This document shows, piece after piece, positions 55,672-64,000 of a stretch of 64,000 nt of DNA. Position 1 is the stretch's first letter; each line of letters starts with the position of its first letter. Where the stretch lies: the NCBI GenBank assembly GCA_044866005.1, contig JBIOTN010000057.1, positions 6,067-70,066 on the forward strand, read 5' to 3'. A program made the translations under genes and the position numbers. Under the pieces are notes generated by a model. The model searched no databases and was not told where the DNA came from. It was given only the letters and a program-made list of their open reading frames with translations. The DNA is from Candidatus Rokuibacteriota bacterium (GTDB taxonomy: Bacteria > Methylomirabilota > Methylomirabilia > Rokubacteriales > DASRDR01).

Positions 55672-56133
55672 ATGGCCGAGCTGAAGGTGGACGACGTCGC
55701 CCCCGATTTCAAGCTCCAGGGGATCGGCGGCAAGGAGTGGAGCCTGGCCGACCAGAGGGGGAAGAAGAACGTGGTCCTCCTCTTCTACGTCCTGGACTGG
55801 ACCCCCGGCTGAACGAAGGAGATGCCGGCCTTCGAAGCCCGGCTCAAGGACTTCGAGGCCGCCGATACCCAGGTCGTGGGTATCTCGACCGACTCGATCT
55901 ACAGCCACGACGCGTGGGCCAAGTCCCTCGGCGGGATCTCGTATCCCCTCCTCGGCGACATCCATCGCGACGTCGTCAAGAAGTACGGGATCCACTGGCC
56001 CGAGCTGAACGCCTGCTACCGGGCGACGTTCGTGATCGACAAGCAAGGCAAGCTCCGCTTCGTCGAGCGGTACGGCAAGGGCGAGCTGCCCGACCCCACG
56101 AAGATCCTGGCGGAGGTGAAGAAGCTCCGCTGA
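55672..56133 (+). CDS. AhpC/TSA (BCP/PrxQ-like) peroxiredoxin with in-frame TGA at the peroxidatic-Cys position: probable selenocysteine-containing peroxiredoxin (alternatively a pseudogene)
   Basis: ATG 55672 with GGAAAGGAGGAG SD. Reading [49 protein letters not shown](55810..55812)[11 protein letters not shown]... is in frame with ORF 55822..56133 (GISTDS..SH.AWA...YPLLGD...YRATFVID). A hairpin lies 11 nt after the TGA. Confidence 0.7.
55824..55843 (+). promoter_or_regulatory. Candidate bacterial SECIS hairpin
   Basis: GCCGG-C-CU-UCGA-AG-C-CCGGC: a 5-bp lower stem, a C/C mismatch, 2-3 bp and a small G-containing apical loop. It starts 11 nt after the UGA, the same spacing as the E. coli fdhF SECIS. 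Confidence 0.5.
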
Positions 56134-56153
56134 GCGGTGCGGGGCGCGGCGAT

Positions 56154-57185
56154 GTGACCGACACGGCGCCTCGTCGCGCCCCACTCCGCGCGGCAGACTT
56201 GTTCCCGGTGAGCGGATCCCTCGCCTCCCGCCGCCCCGGCGACAACCTGGGCGCCCACATGTCCATCGCGGGCGGCCTCCCGAACGCGCTCGCCCGCGGG
56301 CGCGAGCTCGGCTGCGGGGTGGTGCAGCTCTTCCTCAAGAACCAGGTCCAGTGGGCGGGGCGCGCGCTCCACGCCGACGAGGTCGCGGAGTTTCGCCGGC
56401 TGTGCACGGCATGCGCGTTCGCGGCCGTCTTCGCCCACGCCACGTACCTGCCGAACCTCGCCTCGCCGGAGGCCGTCGAGTGGGCCCGCTCGGTCGCCGC
56501 GTTCCACGACGAGCTGGAGCGCGCCGAGGCCCTGGGGCTTCCTTTCGTGGTGATCCACCCGGGCTCGCACAAGGGCGCGGGGCGCGAGGCGGGGCTCACG
56601 CAGGTGGCCCGCGCGCTCGACGAGCTCTGCGCGCGCACCGCGGGCTACCAGGTGCGGATCGCGCTCGAGAACACCGCGGGCGCGGGGAATCTCATCGGCG
56701 CGCGGGCGGAGGAGCTGGGAACGCTCTTCCGCGCCGTGAACCGCCCCGAGCGGCTCGGCCTCTGCCTCGACACGTGCCACCTCTTCGCCGCCGGGTACGA
56801 CATCCGGCGCCCCGCGGGCTTTGCCGCGGCGCTCGCCCGGTTCGACGCGGCGGTCGGCCTCGACCGCGTCATCGCCTTCCACGTGAACGACGCGAAGACC
56901 GGGCTCGGCTCGGGGCTCGACCGCCACGCGCACATCGGCCGCGGCACGATCGGGCTCGCGGCGTTCCGGTTCCTCCTCCGCCACCCGCGCCTGGGCGGGC
57001 TGCCGATGGCGCTGGAGACGCCGAAGGAAGACGTCTGGGACGCGCGGAACCTGGCGACGCTCCGTCGGCTGCAGCGCCCGTCGGCCGGCCGCGCGCGACG
57101 GTCGACGCGGGGCGCAAACGGGCCGGCAGGCTCGGCGCGCACGCCGCCCCGGCAGCGGGCGCCGCACCCCACCCGGGGCGGCTGA
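56154..57185 (+). CDS. nfo: Endonuclease IV (AP endonuclease, Nfo)
   Basis: 3' part of ORF 55737..57185. Start GTG 56154 or GTG 56208. LGAHMSIAGG, VQLFLKN, FAHATYLPNL, VVIHPGSH, ALENTAG, DTCHLFAAGYD, FHVNDAK...DRHAHIG. Low-complexity Arg/Pro tail. Confidence 0.85.
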   Translation: MTDTAPRRAPLRAADLFPVSGSLASRRPGDNLGAHMSIAGGLPNALARGRELGCGVVQLFLKNQVQWAGRALHADEVAEFRRLCTACAFAAVFAHATYLPNLASPEAVEWARSVAAFHDELERAEALGLPFVVIHPGSHKGAGREAGLTQVARALDELCARTAGYQVRIALENTAGAGNLIGARAEELGTLFRAVNRPERLGLCLDTCHLFAAGYDIRRPAGFAAALARFDAAVGLDRVIAFHVNDAKTGLGSGLDRHAHIGRGTIGLAAFRFLLRHPRLGGLPMALETPKEDVWDARNLATLRRLQRPSAGRARRSTRGANGPAGSARTPPRQRAPHPTRGG

Positions 57186-57454
57186 CCCGCCTTCGGAGGC
57201 GGAAAGAGCAGCGAATGCCGACGGCACTGCCAGGACAGACAGCCCGCAGGCGAGCATGAGCACGAAACCGCGAGGCCGGCGCTGTGGCATAGCGTTGTTC
57301 TCCTCCGGCTGGTACCGCTATCGGGCCGGAATCGCCAGGTCTGTGTAGAGGGCCAGGGGGCCGGGCGTGCGGCCTGACGGCCGCGCGCGAATCCCAAACG
57401 AGAGCACTCTAGGGTCGCGCCGAGAGGCGCGCAATAGATCGGCGGGTAGTGGAC

Positions 57455-58657
57455 CTAGAACCTTCGATGTACGCCGCGCCGGCTGGTCGGGGTCGCGGGC
57501 TCGGGTGCCGCCCTGTGGAAGGCATCGGCCCAGCGCCGGGTGGCGTCGAGATAGCGCCGTCCGTGCTCGCGGCTCGGCTCGATCTCCGTCCCCTCGTGCC
57601 ACTCGTTCCACGAGGCGATGAGCACCCACGCGGGCGCGAGGCCGAGCGCGGCCCGCCACGTGGCGTCGTAGGTCGCGCCGCCCGCGCGCTCGACGACCGT
57701 GCCGGGCTCGCGGATCGTCCGGTCGTCGTAGCCGGGGGCGACCGCGGGCAGGAAGGGGAGGCCGGCCAGGCGCGCGCGCGCGGCCCGCTCACGATAGACC
57801 GTGGCGAGATCCCGCCCGCGCGCCAGGTCGGAGATGGGCGTGTAGACGTGGAGGGCGTCGAAGCGCTCGATCCAGCCTGGCGCCGGCGCATCCCCGATCA
57901 GGAAGACCGGACGTCGGCCGGCCGCCAGGCGCCGCCCCACGTACTCCCAGCCCGCCGGGCGCAGGCGATGCGCGGCATAGACGAAGACGACCGGACGGTC
58001 CCCGACGCGGAGGAACGCGGGGTCGCCGCCGTGCCGGTCGAGGAGGGCCTCCAGGTCGGCCGCCACCCCGGCGGCGCCCCGGCGCCAGAGCTCGCCCGCC
58101 TCGTAGTACGCGCTCACCCGGAAGGCCGCGCCGCGCGCCGCGGCGAGGAGGCGGGGGAGCGCGCGCGCCTCGTCGCTCTCGCGACCCCACCAGGAGGCGA
58201 TGAACCCGTCGATCCCTGCCTCGCGCGCCGCGGCGATCTGTCCCCGGATGACCTCGGGGTCGAGGCTGTCGTAGGGCCCGGCGACGGGGTAGTGGGCCGC
58301 CCCGACGTCGCGGCGCCCCGGGACCGCCTCCCGCCGGGGATCGTGGAATCCGAGCACGCGCTCCTCCGAGCCGGCGAGCCGGGGGTGGTTCCAGTGCCGC
58401 CACCGCCGGGTCGGCCCCGCCGGCGTCCCGTACCAGGGGTAGTGGAACGCGAGGACGAGCCGCGGGAGCGGCCCCGGGGCCGCGGGGGACCGACCGACGG
58501 CCGAGAGCGCGGGCCGGAGCCAGAGGGGCCGGTCGCGCTCGACGCGCCAGAGGCCGTAGACGAGAAGGGCCGGGAGGAGGCCGAGGAGGGTGGCGCGGGC
58601 GAGCGCGGCGCGCGCCCGCGGCGCCGGCGCCGGGGACGCGGTCGCCTGGAGGCTCAG
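57455..58657 (-). CDS. Membrane-anchored putative glycoside hydrolase (GH99/GH71-like TIM-barrel pattern), no canonical start codon
   Basis: 3' two-thirds of ORF 57455..59254. TM anchor ATLLGLLPALLVYGLW. LAFHYPWYG...HW, IDGFIASWWG, SWNEWHEGTEIEP. No in-frame ATG, GTG or TTG codon lies between 59254 and the TM anchor. CTG at 58657 overlaps the nth stop (CTGA). Confidence 0.55.
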   Translation of the reverse strand: MSLQATASPAPAPRARAALARATLLGLLPALLVYGLWRVERDRPLWLRPALSAVGRSPAAPGPLPRLVLAFHYPWYGTPAGPTRRWRHWNHPRLAGSEERVLGFHDPRREAVPGRRDVGAAHYPVAGPYDSLDPEVIRGQIAAAREAGIDGFIASWWGRESDEARALPRLLAAARGAAFRVSAYYEAGELWRRGAAGVAADLEALLDRHGGDPAFLRVGDRPVVFVYAAHRLRPAGWEYVGRRLAAGRRPVFLIGDAPAPGWIERFDALHVYTPISDLARGRDLATVYRERAARARLAGLPFLPAVAPGYDDRTIREPGTVVERAGGATYDATWRAALGLAPAWVLIASWNEWHEGTEIEPSREHGRRYLDATRRWADAFHRAAPEPATPTSRRGVHRRF

Positions 58658-59310
58658 CGGTGGCTCGTGACGCCGACCCGGAGGCAGAGGTCCGCGACGG
58701 GGCAGACCGAGCAGCGCGGCCGGAGCGGCCGGCAGACGTTCTGGCCGAAGGCGACCAGGAGGTCGTTGTAGTCGAGCCAGTAGCGACGCGGCAGCTTCGC
58801 GCGGAGGGCGAACTCGGTTTCCGCCGGGGTCCGGGTCCGCACGAACCCCAGGCGGTTGGAGATCCGGTGGACGTGAGTGTCCACGCAGATCCCGGGCTTG
58901 CCGAAGCCCACGGTGCGGACCAGGTTCGCGGTCTTGCGCCCGACACCCTTGAGCGTCAGGAGCGCCTCGAGATCGTCCGGGACCCGTCCCCCGAACCGGT
59001 CGAGGAGGTCGCGACAGACCCCCAGGATCACCCGCGCCTTGGTCCGGTAGAAGCCGACCGGGTAGATCGCCCGCTCGATCGTCCGCGGACGGAGCCGCAG
59101 CATGGTGGCCGGCGTGTCGGCCAGCCGGAAGAGCCGGGCGGCCGCCGGACGCGTCGTCGTGTCCTGGGTGCGCAGCGAGAGCAGGCAGGCGATCAGGACG
59201 CGGAAGGGGTCGGGCTCCTCGGCGGCGACCTCGGACACCGCCGTCGCCTGCCACGCCCCGACGTGCCGGCGCAGCCGCGCGACGACGCGGCCGATCGTCC
59301 GGGCCGACAT
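58654..59310 (-). CDS. nth: Endonuclease III (Nth) DNA glycosylase/AP lyase
   Basis: ORF 58654..59463 trimmed to ATG 59310. HhH-GPD LKGVGRKTANLV, VDTHVHR, 4Fe-4S loop CRPLRPRCSVCPVADLC. Confidence 0.9.
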   Translation of the reverse strand: MSARTIGRVVARLRRHVGAWQATAVSEVAAEEPDPFRVLIACLLSLRTQDTTTRPAAARLFRLADTPATMLRLRPRTIERAIYPVGFYRTKARVILGVCRDLLDRFGGRVPDDLEALLTLKGVGRKTANLVRTVGFGKPGICVDTHVHRISNRLGFVRTRTPAETEFALRAKLPRRYWLDYNDLLVAFGQNVCRPLRPRCSVCPVADLCLRVGVTSHR

Positions 59311-59401
59311 GCGGGGAGTCGGACCACCCGCTCGCACGCAGCCGTCCGCGCGCCGGCTTTGCCGGCGGCCCACCCCCCCCGCCCTTCGCGGTGGGGAGGA
59401 A

Positions 59402-59430
59402 TCGGCGGGGGCCGTCGAGGCCCCCTCCGA
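59402..59430 (-). terminator. G/C-run hairpin (family member 3), downstream of the TPR gene on the minus strand
   Basis: Minus-strand reading TCGGAGGGGGCC-TCGAC-GGCCCCCGCCGA followed by TTCCTCCCC. About 36/39 identical to 18289..18327. Confidence 0.5.
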
Positions 59431-59464
59431 GGCATGCTGCCGCGCCGTGGTCGTCTGCGGCACG

Positions 59465-60259
59465 CTACGCCTTGCTGCGCAGCTCGCCCAGCAGCCGCTC
59501 CGCCGTCGGGCGGTGGCGCACGGTCCAGTCGGCGACGTAGCTCGGCGCGGGCTCCTCGAGGACGAGCTGGAGCTCGCGCCGCGCCTCGTCGTGCCGTCGC
59601 TGGGCGATCAGGCACTTCGCCAGCTCGACCCGCGCGCGGGTGAAGTGGGGATCGAGGGCGAGCGCCCTCCGCTCGTAGGCCTCGGCGCGCGCGAGGTCGC
59701 CCCCCATGAGCGCCGGCGTCTCGAGGTAGAAGGAGCCGGCCAGCGCGAGGCCGCCCACGTGGTTCGGGTCGAGCTCGAGCACGGTCTCGATCTCCTGCCT
59801 GATCGTGGACAGGAGGAAGGCCGCCCGCAGCTTGCCCTTGGCGATGGCCCAGCGGCCGAGGTTCGCCGCGTACCAGAGGTGCGCCTCGGGGCTGCGGGGC
59901 GCGAGGGCGATGGCGCGCTGGGCGGTGTCGCGGCCGCGCTCGTAGGCGGCGAGCTTCGCCTCGAGGGTGGGCGCCCGCAGGTCGGCCCACGTGAGGTGGA
60001 CCCAGGCGAGGAGCAGCAGCGCCTCGAGCGCGGTCTCGCGGGCCGTCTCGGCCTCGAGGAGGGTCCGGGCGCGGTCGATGCGGCTCAGGTCCTCGTGGAA
60101 GCTGCGGAAGAGCGTCCAGGCGTCGGCGACGGGCCCGGAGGCCGGCGGCGTCGCCGGTGCCGCGGCGCGCGCGCGGCCCGGCGTCGCGGGCACGAGGGCG
60201 AGGAGCAGGAGCAGCGCGAGGGGCGCGGCGCCGATGACGCGGCGGAGCGCGAGGGCCAC
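59465..60259 (-). CDS. Secreted TPR-repeat protein (TatT-like)
   Basis: 3' part of ORF 59465..60826 from GTG 60259. Signal peptide ALALRRVIGAAPLALLLLLALVPATPGRARA. TPR helices incl. AHLWYAANLGRWA, ALALDPHFTRARVELAKCLI. Confidence 0.65.
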   Translation of the reverse strand: MALALRRVIGAAPLALLLLLALVPATPGRARAAAPATPPASGPVADAWTLFRSFHEDLSRIDRARTLLEAETARETALEALLLLAWVHLTWADLRAPTLEAKLAAYERGRDTAQRAIALAPRSPEAHLWYAANLGRWAIAKGKLRAAFLLSTIRQEIETVLELDPNHVGGLALAGSFYLETPALMGGDLARAEAYERRALALDPHFTRARVELAKCLIAQRRHDEARRELQLVLEEPAPSYVADWTVRHRPTAERLLGELRSKA

Positions 60260-60345
60260 GTCGAGGACTCTATCAGCGCGCCGAAGAGGCGTCAAATCGA
60301 CCCGCAGGCTTGACAAGCGGCGCGGCGGCCGCCCATCATGGCGCC

Positions 60346-60813
60346 GTGCGCGGGTTGGCTCACGCCGTCGCGGCCGCCCTCCTGGGCGCCGGGCTCGGCG
60401 TCCAGGTCTTCCTCTCCTTCCTCCTCGCGCCCGCGGCGTTCCGCCTCGTCGAGCGAGCGCAGGCGGTGCGCCTGATGGAGGGCCTCTTTCCCGGCTACTA
60501 CGGCTTCGGCATCGTGACGACCGGGGTCGCCCTCCTGCTGGTCGTCCTGCTCGCGCTGGGGGAGGGGCGGGCGCCGCTCCGCTGGGGCGCCGCCGCGCTC
60601 CTGCTCGTGACGCTCGCCGGGACCCTCTACGCGGGGAACGTCCTCTTGCCGGAGGCCCACGCCGCGCGGCTCCGCGCGGAGGCGGCGCTGCCCGGCGACG
60701 CGGCGCCCTTCGAGTTCCGGCGTCTCCATCGCCGGGCGGTCGCGGTGAACATCGCCGTCTTCGGCGTGGGTCTCGTCGCTTTCCTCCTCCACGCGGCGGC
60801 GCGCCCGCGATGA
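60346..60813 (+). CDS. DUF4149 (TMEM205-like) membrane protein
   Basis: ORF 60310..60813. The TTG at 60310 is inside a TTGACA -35 box, so GTG 60346 is preferred. Four TM helices. GLFPGYYGFG. Confidence 0.6.
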   Translation: MRGLAHAVAAALLGAGLGVQVFLSFLLAPAAFRLVERAQAVRLMEGLFPGYYGFGIVTTGVALLLVVLLALGEGRAPLRWGAAALLLVTLAGTLYAGNVLLPEAHAARLRAEAALPGDAAPFEFRRLHRRAVAVNIAVFGVGLVAFLLHAAARPR

Positions 60814-62051
60814 CCGGCGCCTCCACGGAGCGCGCGCGCGTCGTCGTGATCGGGGGCGGCTTCTGGGGGTGTAGCGCCCTCTACCACCTGACCGCGCTCG
60901 GCGTGACGGACTGCCTGCTCGTCGAGCAGGGGGAGCCGGGCGGGCAGACGACGGGCCAGGCGGCCGGGATGATCGGGCAGCTCCGGAGCTCGCCGGTCGC
61001 CTCGCGCGGCGCAACCTACGGCGTGGAGCTGCTCCGGCGCTTCGCCGACGAGGTGGGCGTGCCGGGCTCGTTCCGCGAGGTCGGGAGCGTGAAGCTCGCC
61101 CTCACGCCCGGGCGGGTCGAGGAGCTCCGGCGTCAGGTGCGGGAGGGCCAGGGGCTCGGGCTGCCCGTCACGCTCGTCACCGCGGAGGAGGCGGCGCGGC
61201 TCGCGCCGGGGCTCGATCCCGGCCCCGTGCGCGCCGCGGCCTTCGTCGCCTCGGACGGCTACGTGGACCCGGGCGGCACGGCGCGCGCCCTCGCGGCCGC
61301 TGCCGAGCGGCGCGGGGCGGGCGTCTGGACCGGGACGCGCGTCACCGCGATCACCGTGGGCCGCGACCGGGTGCGCGGGGTCGCCACCGAGCGCGGCCGC
61401 GTCTCGGCGGACACCGTCATCGTCGCCGCCGGCCCCTGGGCGGGCCTCGTCGCCGCCACCGCCGGGGTCCACGTGCCGGTCTACCCCGTCCGCCACCAGC
61501 TCGCGGTCACCGCGCCCGTGGACGGGCTCCCGCCGACGTTCCCCCTGGTGCGCGTCCCCGACGCCGCCGCCTACATCCGCCCCGACGGGCGCGAGCTCTG
61601 GTTCGGGCGGTTCGAGCGCCGGCCGGCGAGCTACGATCCGCGGCAGCTCCGGCCCGGGGTGACGATGAAGGACGTCCCGCCGGGCCACGGGGCGCTCGTC
61701 ACCGCCCGCGCCCGGCTCGGCGCGGTGTTCCCACCCCTCCGGGCCGTGCCGGTGCTCCACGCGCGGGCCGGGCTTCCGGGATTCACGCCGGACGGCGAGC
61801 ACCTGGTCGGCGGCCTGGCCCGGCCCCGCGGTCTCGTGATGCTGGCCGGCTGCAGCGCGACGGGGATCATGGACGGCCTGGCCATGGGCCGCATCGCGGC
61901 GGAGATCGCCACGGGTCGGCGGCCGTTCCTGGACGTGGCCGCGATGGACCCCCAGCGGTTCGGGCGGCGCTACGCGACGCGCGCGGCCCTGCGCGCGGCG
62001 TGCGAGGCCGTCTACCGGAACTACTACTCGCTGCGGGGCGGACGGGTGTGA
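60810..62051 (+). CDS. FAD-dependent oxidoreductase (DAO/sarcosine-oxidase-beta-like)
   Basis: 3' part of ORF 59967..62051. ATG 60810 overlaps the upstream stop (ATGA). VVVIGGGFWGCSALYHL dinucleotide-binding motif. Confidence 0.8.
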   Translation: MTGASTERARVVVIGGGFWGCSALYHLTALGVTDCLLVEQGEPGGQTTGQAAGMIGQLRSSPVASRGATYGVELLRRFADEVGVPGSFREVGSVKLALTPGRVEELRRQVREGQGLGLPVTLVTAEEAARLAPGLDPGPVRAAAFVASDGYVDPGGTARALAAAAERRGAGVWTGTRVTAITVGRDRVRGVATERGRVSADTVIVAAGPWAGLVAATAGVHVPVYPVRHQLAVTAPVDGLPPTFPLVRVPDAAAYIRPDGRELWFGRFERRPASYDPRQLRPGVTMKDVPPGHGALVTARARLGAVFPPLRAVPVLHARAGLPGFTPDGEHLVGGLARPRGLVMLAGCSATGIMDGLAMGRIAAEIATGRRPFLDVAAMDPQRFGRRYATRAALRAACEAVYRNYYSLRGGRV

Positions 62052-62479
62052 CGACGGCGCCGGGCCGCCGCGAGTCGGTGACCGCCGTGCCGCGGCCGCC
62101 GCTGGAGTGCCTCGAGCTCGACCACGTCGTCCTCCGCGTCCGCGACCAGGCGGCGTCGCGGCGCTTCTACATCGAGCTCCTCGGACTCACCCTGGACCAC
62201 GTGAACGAGCGGATCTGCCTCGTCCAGCTCAGGTGCGGCCGGCACCTGATCGACCTCCTCCCGCTCGGCCCGGGCGACGCCGCCGAGCCGACCGACCGCA
62301 TGGACCACGTGTGCCTCTCCGTTCGATGCGAGGACCTCGGCGCGGTTGCCGCCTTCTTCCGGGGGCAGGGGGTTCCCGTGGAAGGTGAGGTCGTCCCGCG
62401 CCGCGGGGCCTTCGGGGAGGGCCCGTCGCTCTACATCCGGGACCCCGACGGCTACCGGGTCGAGCTGAAGGTGCGCTGA
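62048..62479 (+). CDS. VOC/glyoxalase-family protein
   Basis: ORF 62000..62479 from GTG 62048 (GTGA overlap). LDHVVLRVRD...FY..LLG, DHVCLSV, YIRDPDGYRVEL. Confidence 0.8.
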   Translation: MTTAPGRRESVTAVPRPPLECLELDHVVLRVRDQAASRRFYIELLGLTLDHVNERICLVQLRCGRHLIDLLPLGPGDAAEPTDRMDHVCLSVRCEDLGAVAAFFRGQGVPVEGEVVPRRGAFGEGPSLYIRDPDGYRVELKVR

Positions 62480-62484
62480 CCTCT

Positions 62485-62510
62485 CGGGGGGGTCTCGGAA
62501 GACCCCCCCG
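62485..62510 (+). terminator. G/C-run hairpin (family member 4), 5 nt after the VOC stop
   Basis: CGGGGGGGTC-TCGGAA-GACCCCCCCG (perfect 10 bp) followed by GTGCTCCCCC. Confidence 0.5.
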
Positions 62511-62583
62511 GTGCTCCCCCATCGGTTGCGGCGGCACAGCCGCCGCTCGGAGCGGACCAGCGTCCGCGCGGTCCCTCCAACGG

Positions 62584-63812
<1,229 letters not shown>

Positions 63813-63816
<4 letters not shown>

Positions 63817-64000
63817 GCCGGCTCCTCCACGGGCATCGCCAGGAGCTCGGCCTCGGCGCGGAGCGGCGCGACCACCCGCGTGTCGGCGCGGATCCGCCCG
63901 TCCCGGAACGCGACGATCCGGCTCGCGTACCGGGCGATGTCCTCTTCGTGCGTGACGAGGACCACCGTGATGCCCGCGCGGTTCAGCCGCTGCAGGATCG
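63813..64000 (-). CDS. ABC transporter ATP-binding protein (MacB/LolD-type), C-terminal fragment running off the window
   Basis: Minus-strand translation ...ILQRLNRAGITVVLVTHEEDIARYASRIVAFRDGRI... Its stop overlaps the permease start (GTGA). Confidence 0.8.

Noticed and set aside
55814-55834. Alternative hairpin CGAAGG-AGAUGCCGG-CCUUCG immediately (1 nt) after the in-frame UGA as the SECIS.
   Set aside because: Its apical loop lies only 8 nt from the UGA, closer than in known bacterial SECIS elements. The overlapping hairpin 55824..55843 fits the canonical 11-nt spacing better. The two folds are mutually exclusive, so only one is reported as a feature.
56016-57290. Minus-strand ORF beginning MPQRRPRGFVLMLACGLSVLAVPSAFA, with a strong GGAGGAG SD 9 nt upstream of ATG 57290 (lipoprotein-like signal).
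   Set aside because: The frame has no stop until 56016, so it would overlap about 1.1 kb of the clearly real nfo gene in antisense. Beyond the first 30 aa the sequence is low-complexity. It may be a chance SD plus ATG or a remnant, and I could not support it as a gene.

Overview
Very GC-rich bacterial chromosomal segment. Third codon positions are almost always G/C, so all six frames carry long spurious ORFs. I chose frames by recognisable protein families, start codon and Shine-Dalgarno (SD) context, and codon-3 GC. About 60 protein genes are supportable, mostly housekeeping or metabolic and arranged in tightly coupled co-directional arrays. In window order they are: (1) a minus-strand copper-handling array (CopC, a CopD-cytochrome c fusion, a CusF-like protein, a Cys-less rhodanese, a beta-barrel protein and small membrane proteins); (2) PilT and RtcB; (3) a TPP riboswitch controlling a CytX-like permease; (4) a radical SAM enzyme and HemQ; (5) GltB, an M24 peptidase, a CBS protein and KorAB; (6) GlcDEF, a cupin, LutABC, DUF2203, a split MetE and a HAD hydrolase; (7) CspA, TrxB and NadX; (8) TIGR02757, RmuC and PurC; (9) a Memo-like protein, DUF1285 and TlpA; (10) TRAP DctPQM, an MFS transporter, ALDH, SuhB, an RNase H-like protein and PanE; (11) two ABC exporter half-transporters followed by ATL, YbaK, an MBL hydrolase, a peroxiredoxin and Nfo; (12) a GH-like protein, Nth and a TPR protein; (13) DUF4149, a FAD oxidase, a VOC protein and a MacB-type ABC transporter. 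I recognised no rRNA, tRNA, CRISPR array, transposase or integrase. The findings I consider most noteworthy are these. (a) A peroxiredoxin gene split in the ORF track by an in-frame TGA exactly at the peroxidatic-Cys position, with a hairpin 11 nt downstream, which makes it a likely selenoprotein. (b) A roughly 115-170 nt intergenic repeat family (3 full copies and 1 truncated) placed right after stop codons, whose central hairpin shows compensatory base changes between copies. (c) A second family of G/C-run hairpins with a CCUCCCC tail that look like U-tract-less terminators, one of them sitting behind the TPP aptamer. (d) An RNase HI homologue with all four catalytic carboxylates replaced. 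(e) A Memo-family protein with a PqqD/RRE-like N-terminal extension that has no canonical start codon. (f) A csp leader containing a canonical intrinsic terminator. No single obviously novel multi-gene system (for example a defence island) is evident. All product calls rest on motif recognition by eye, not database searches.
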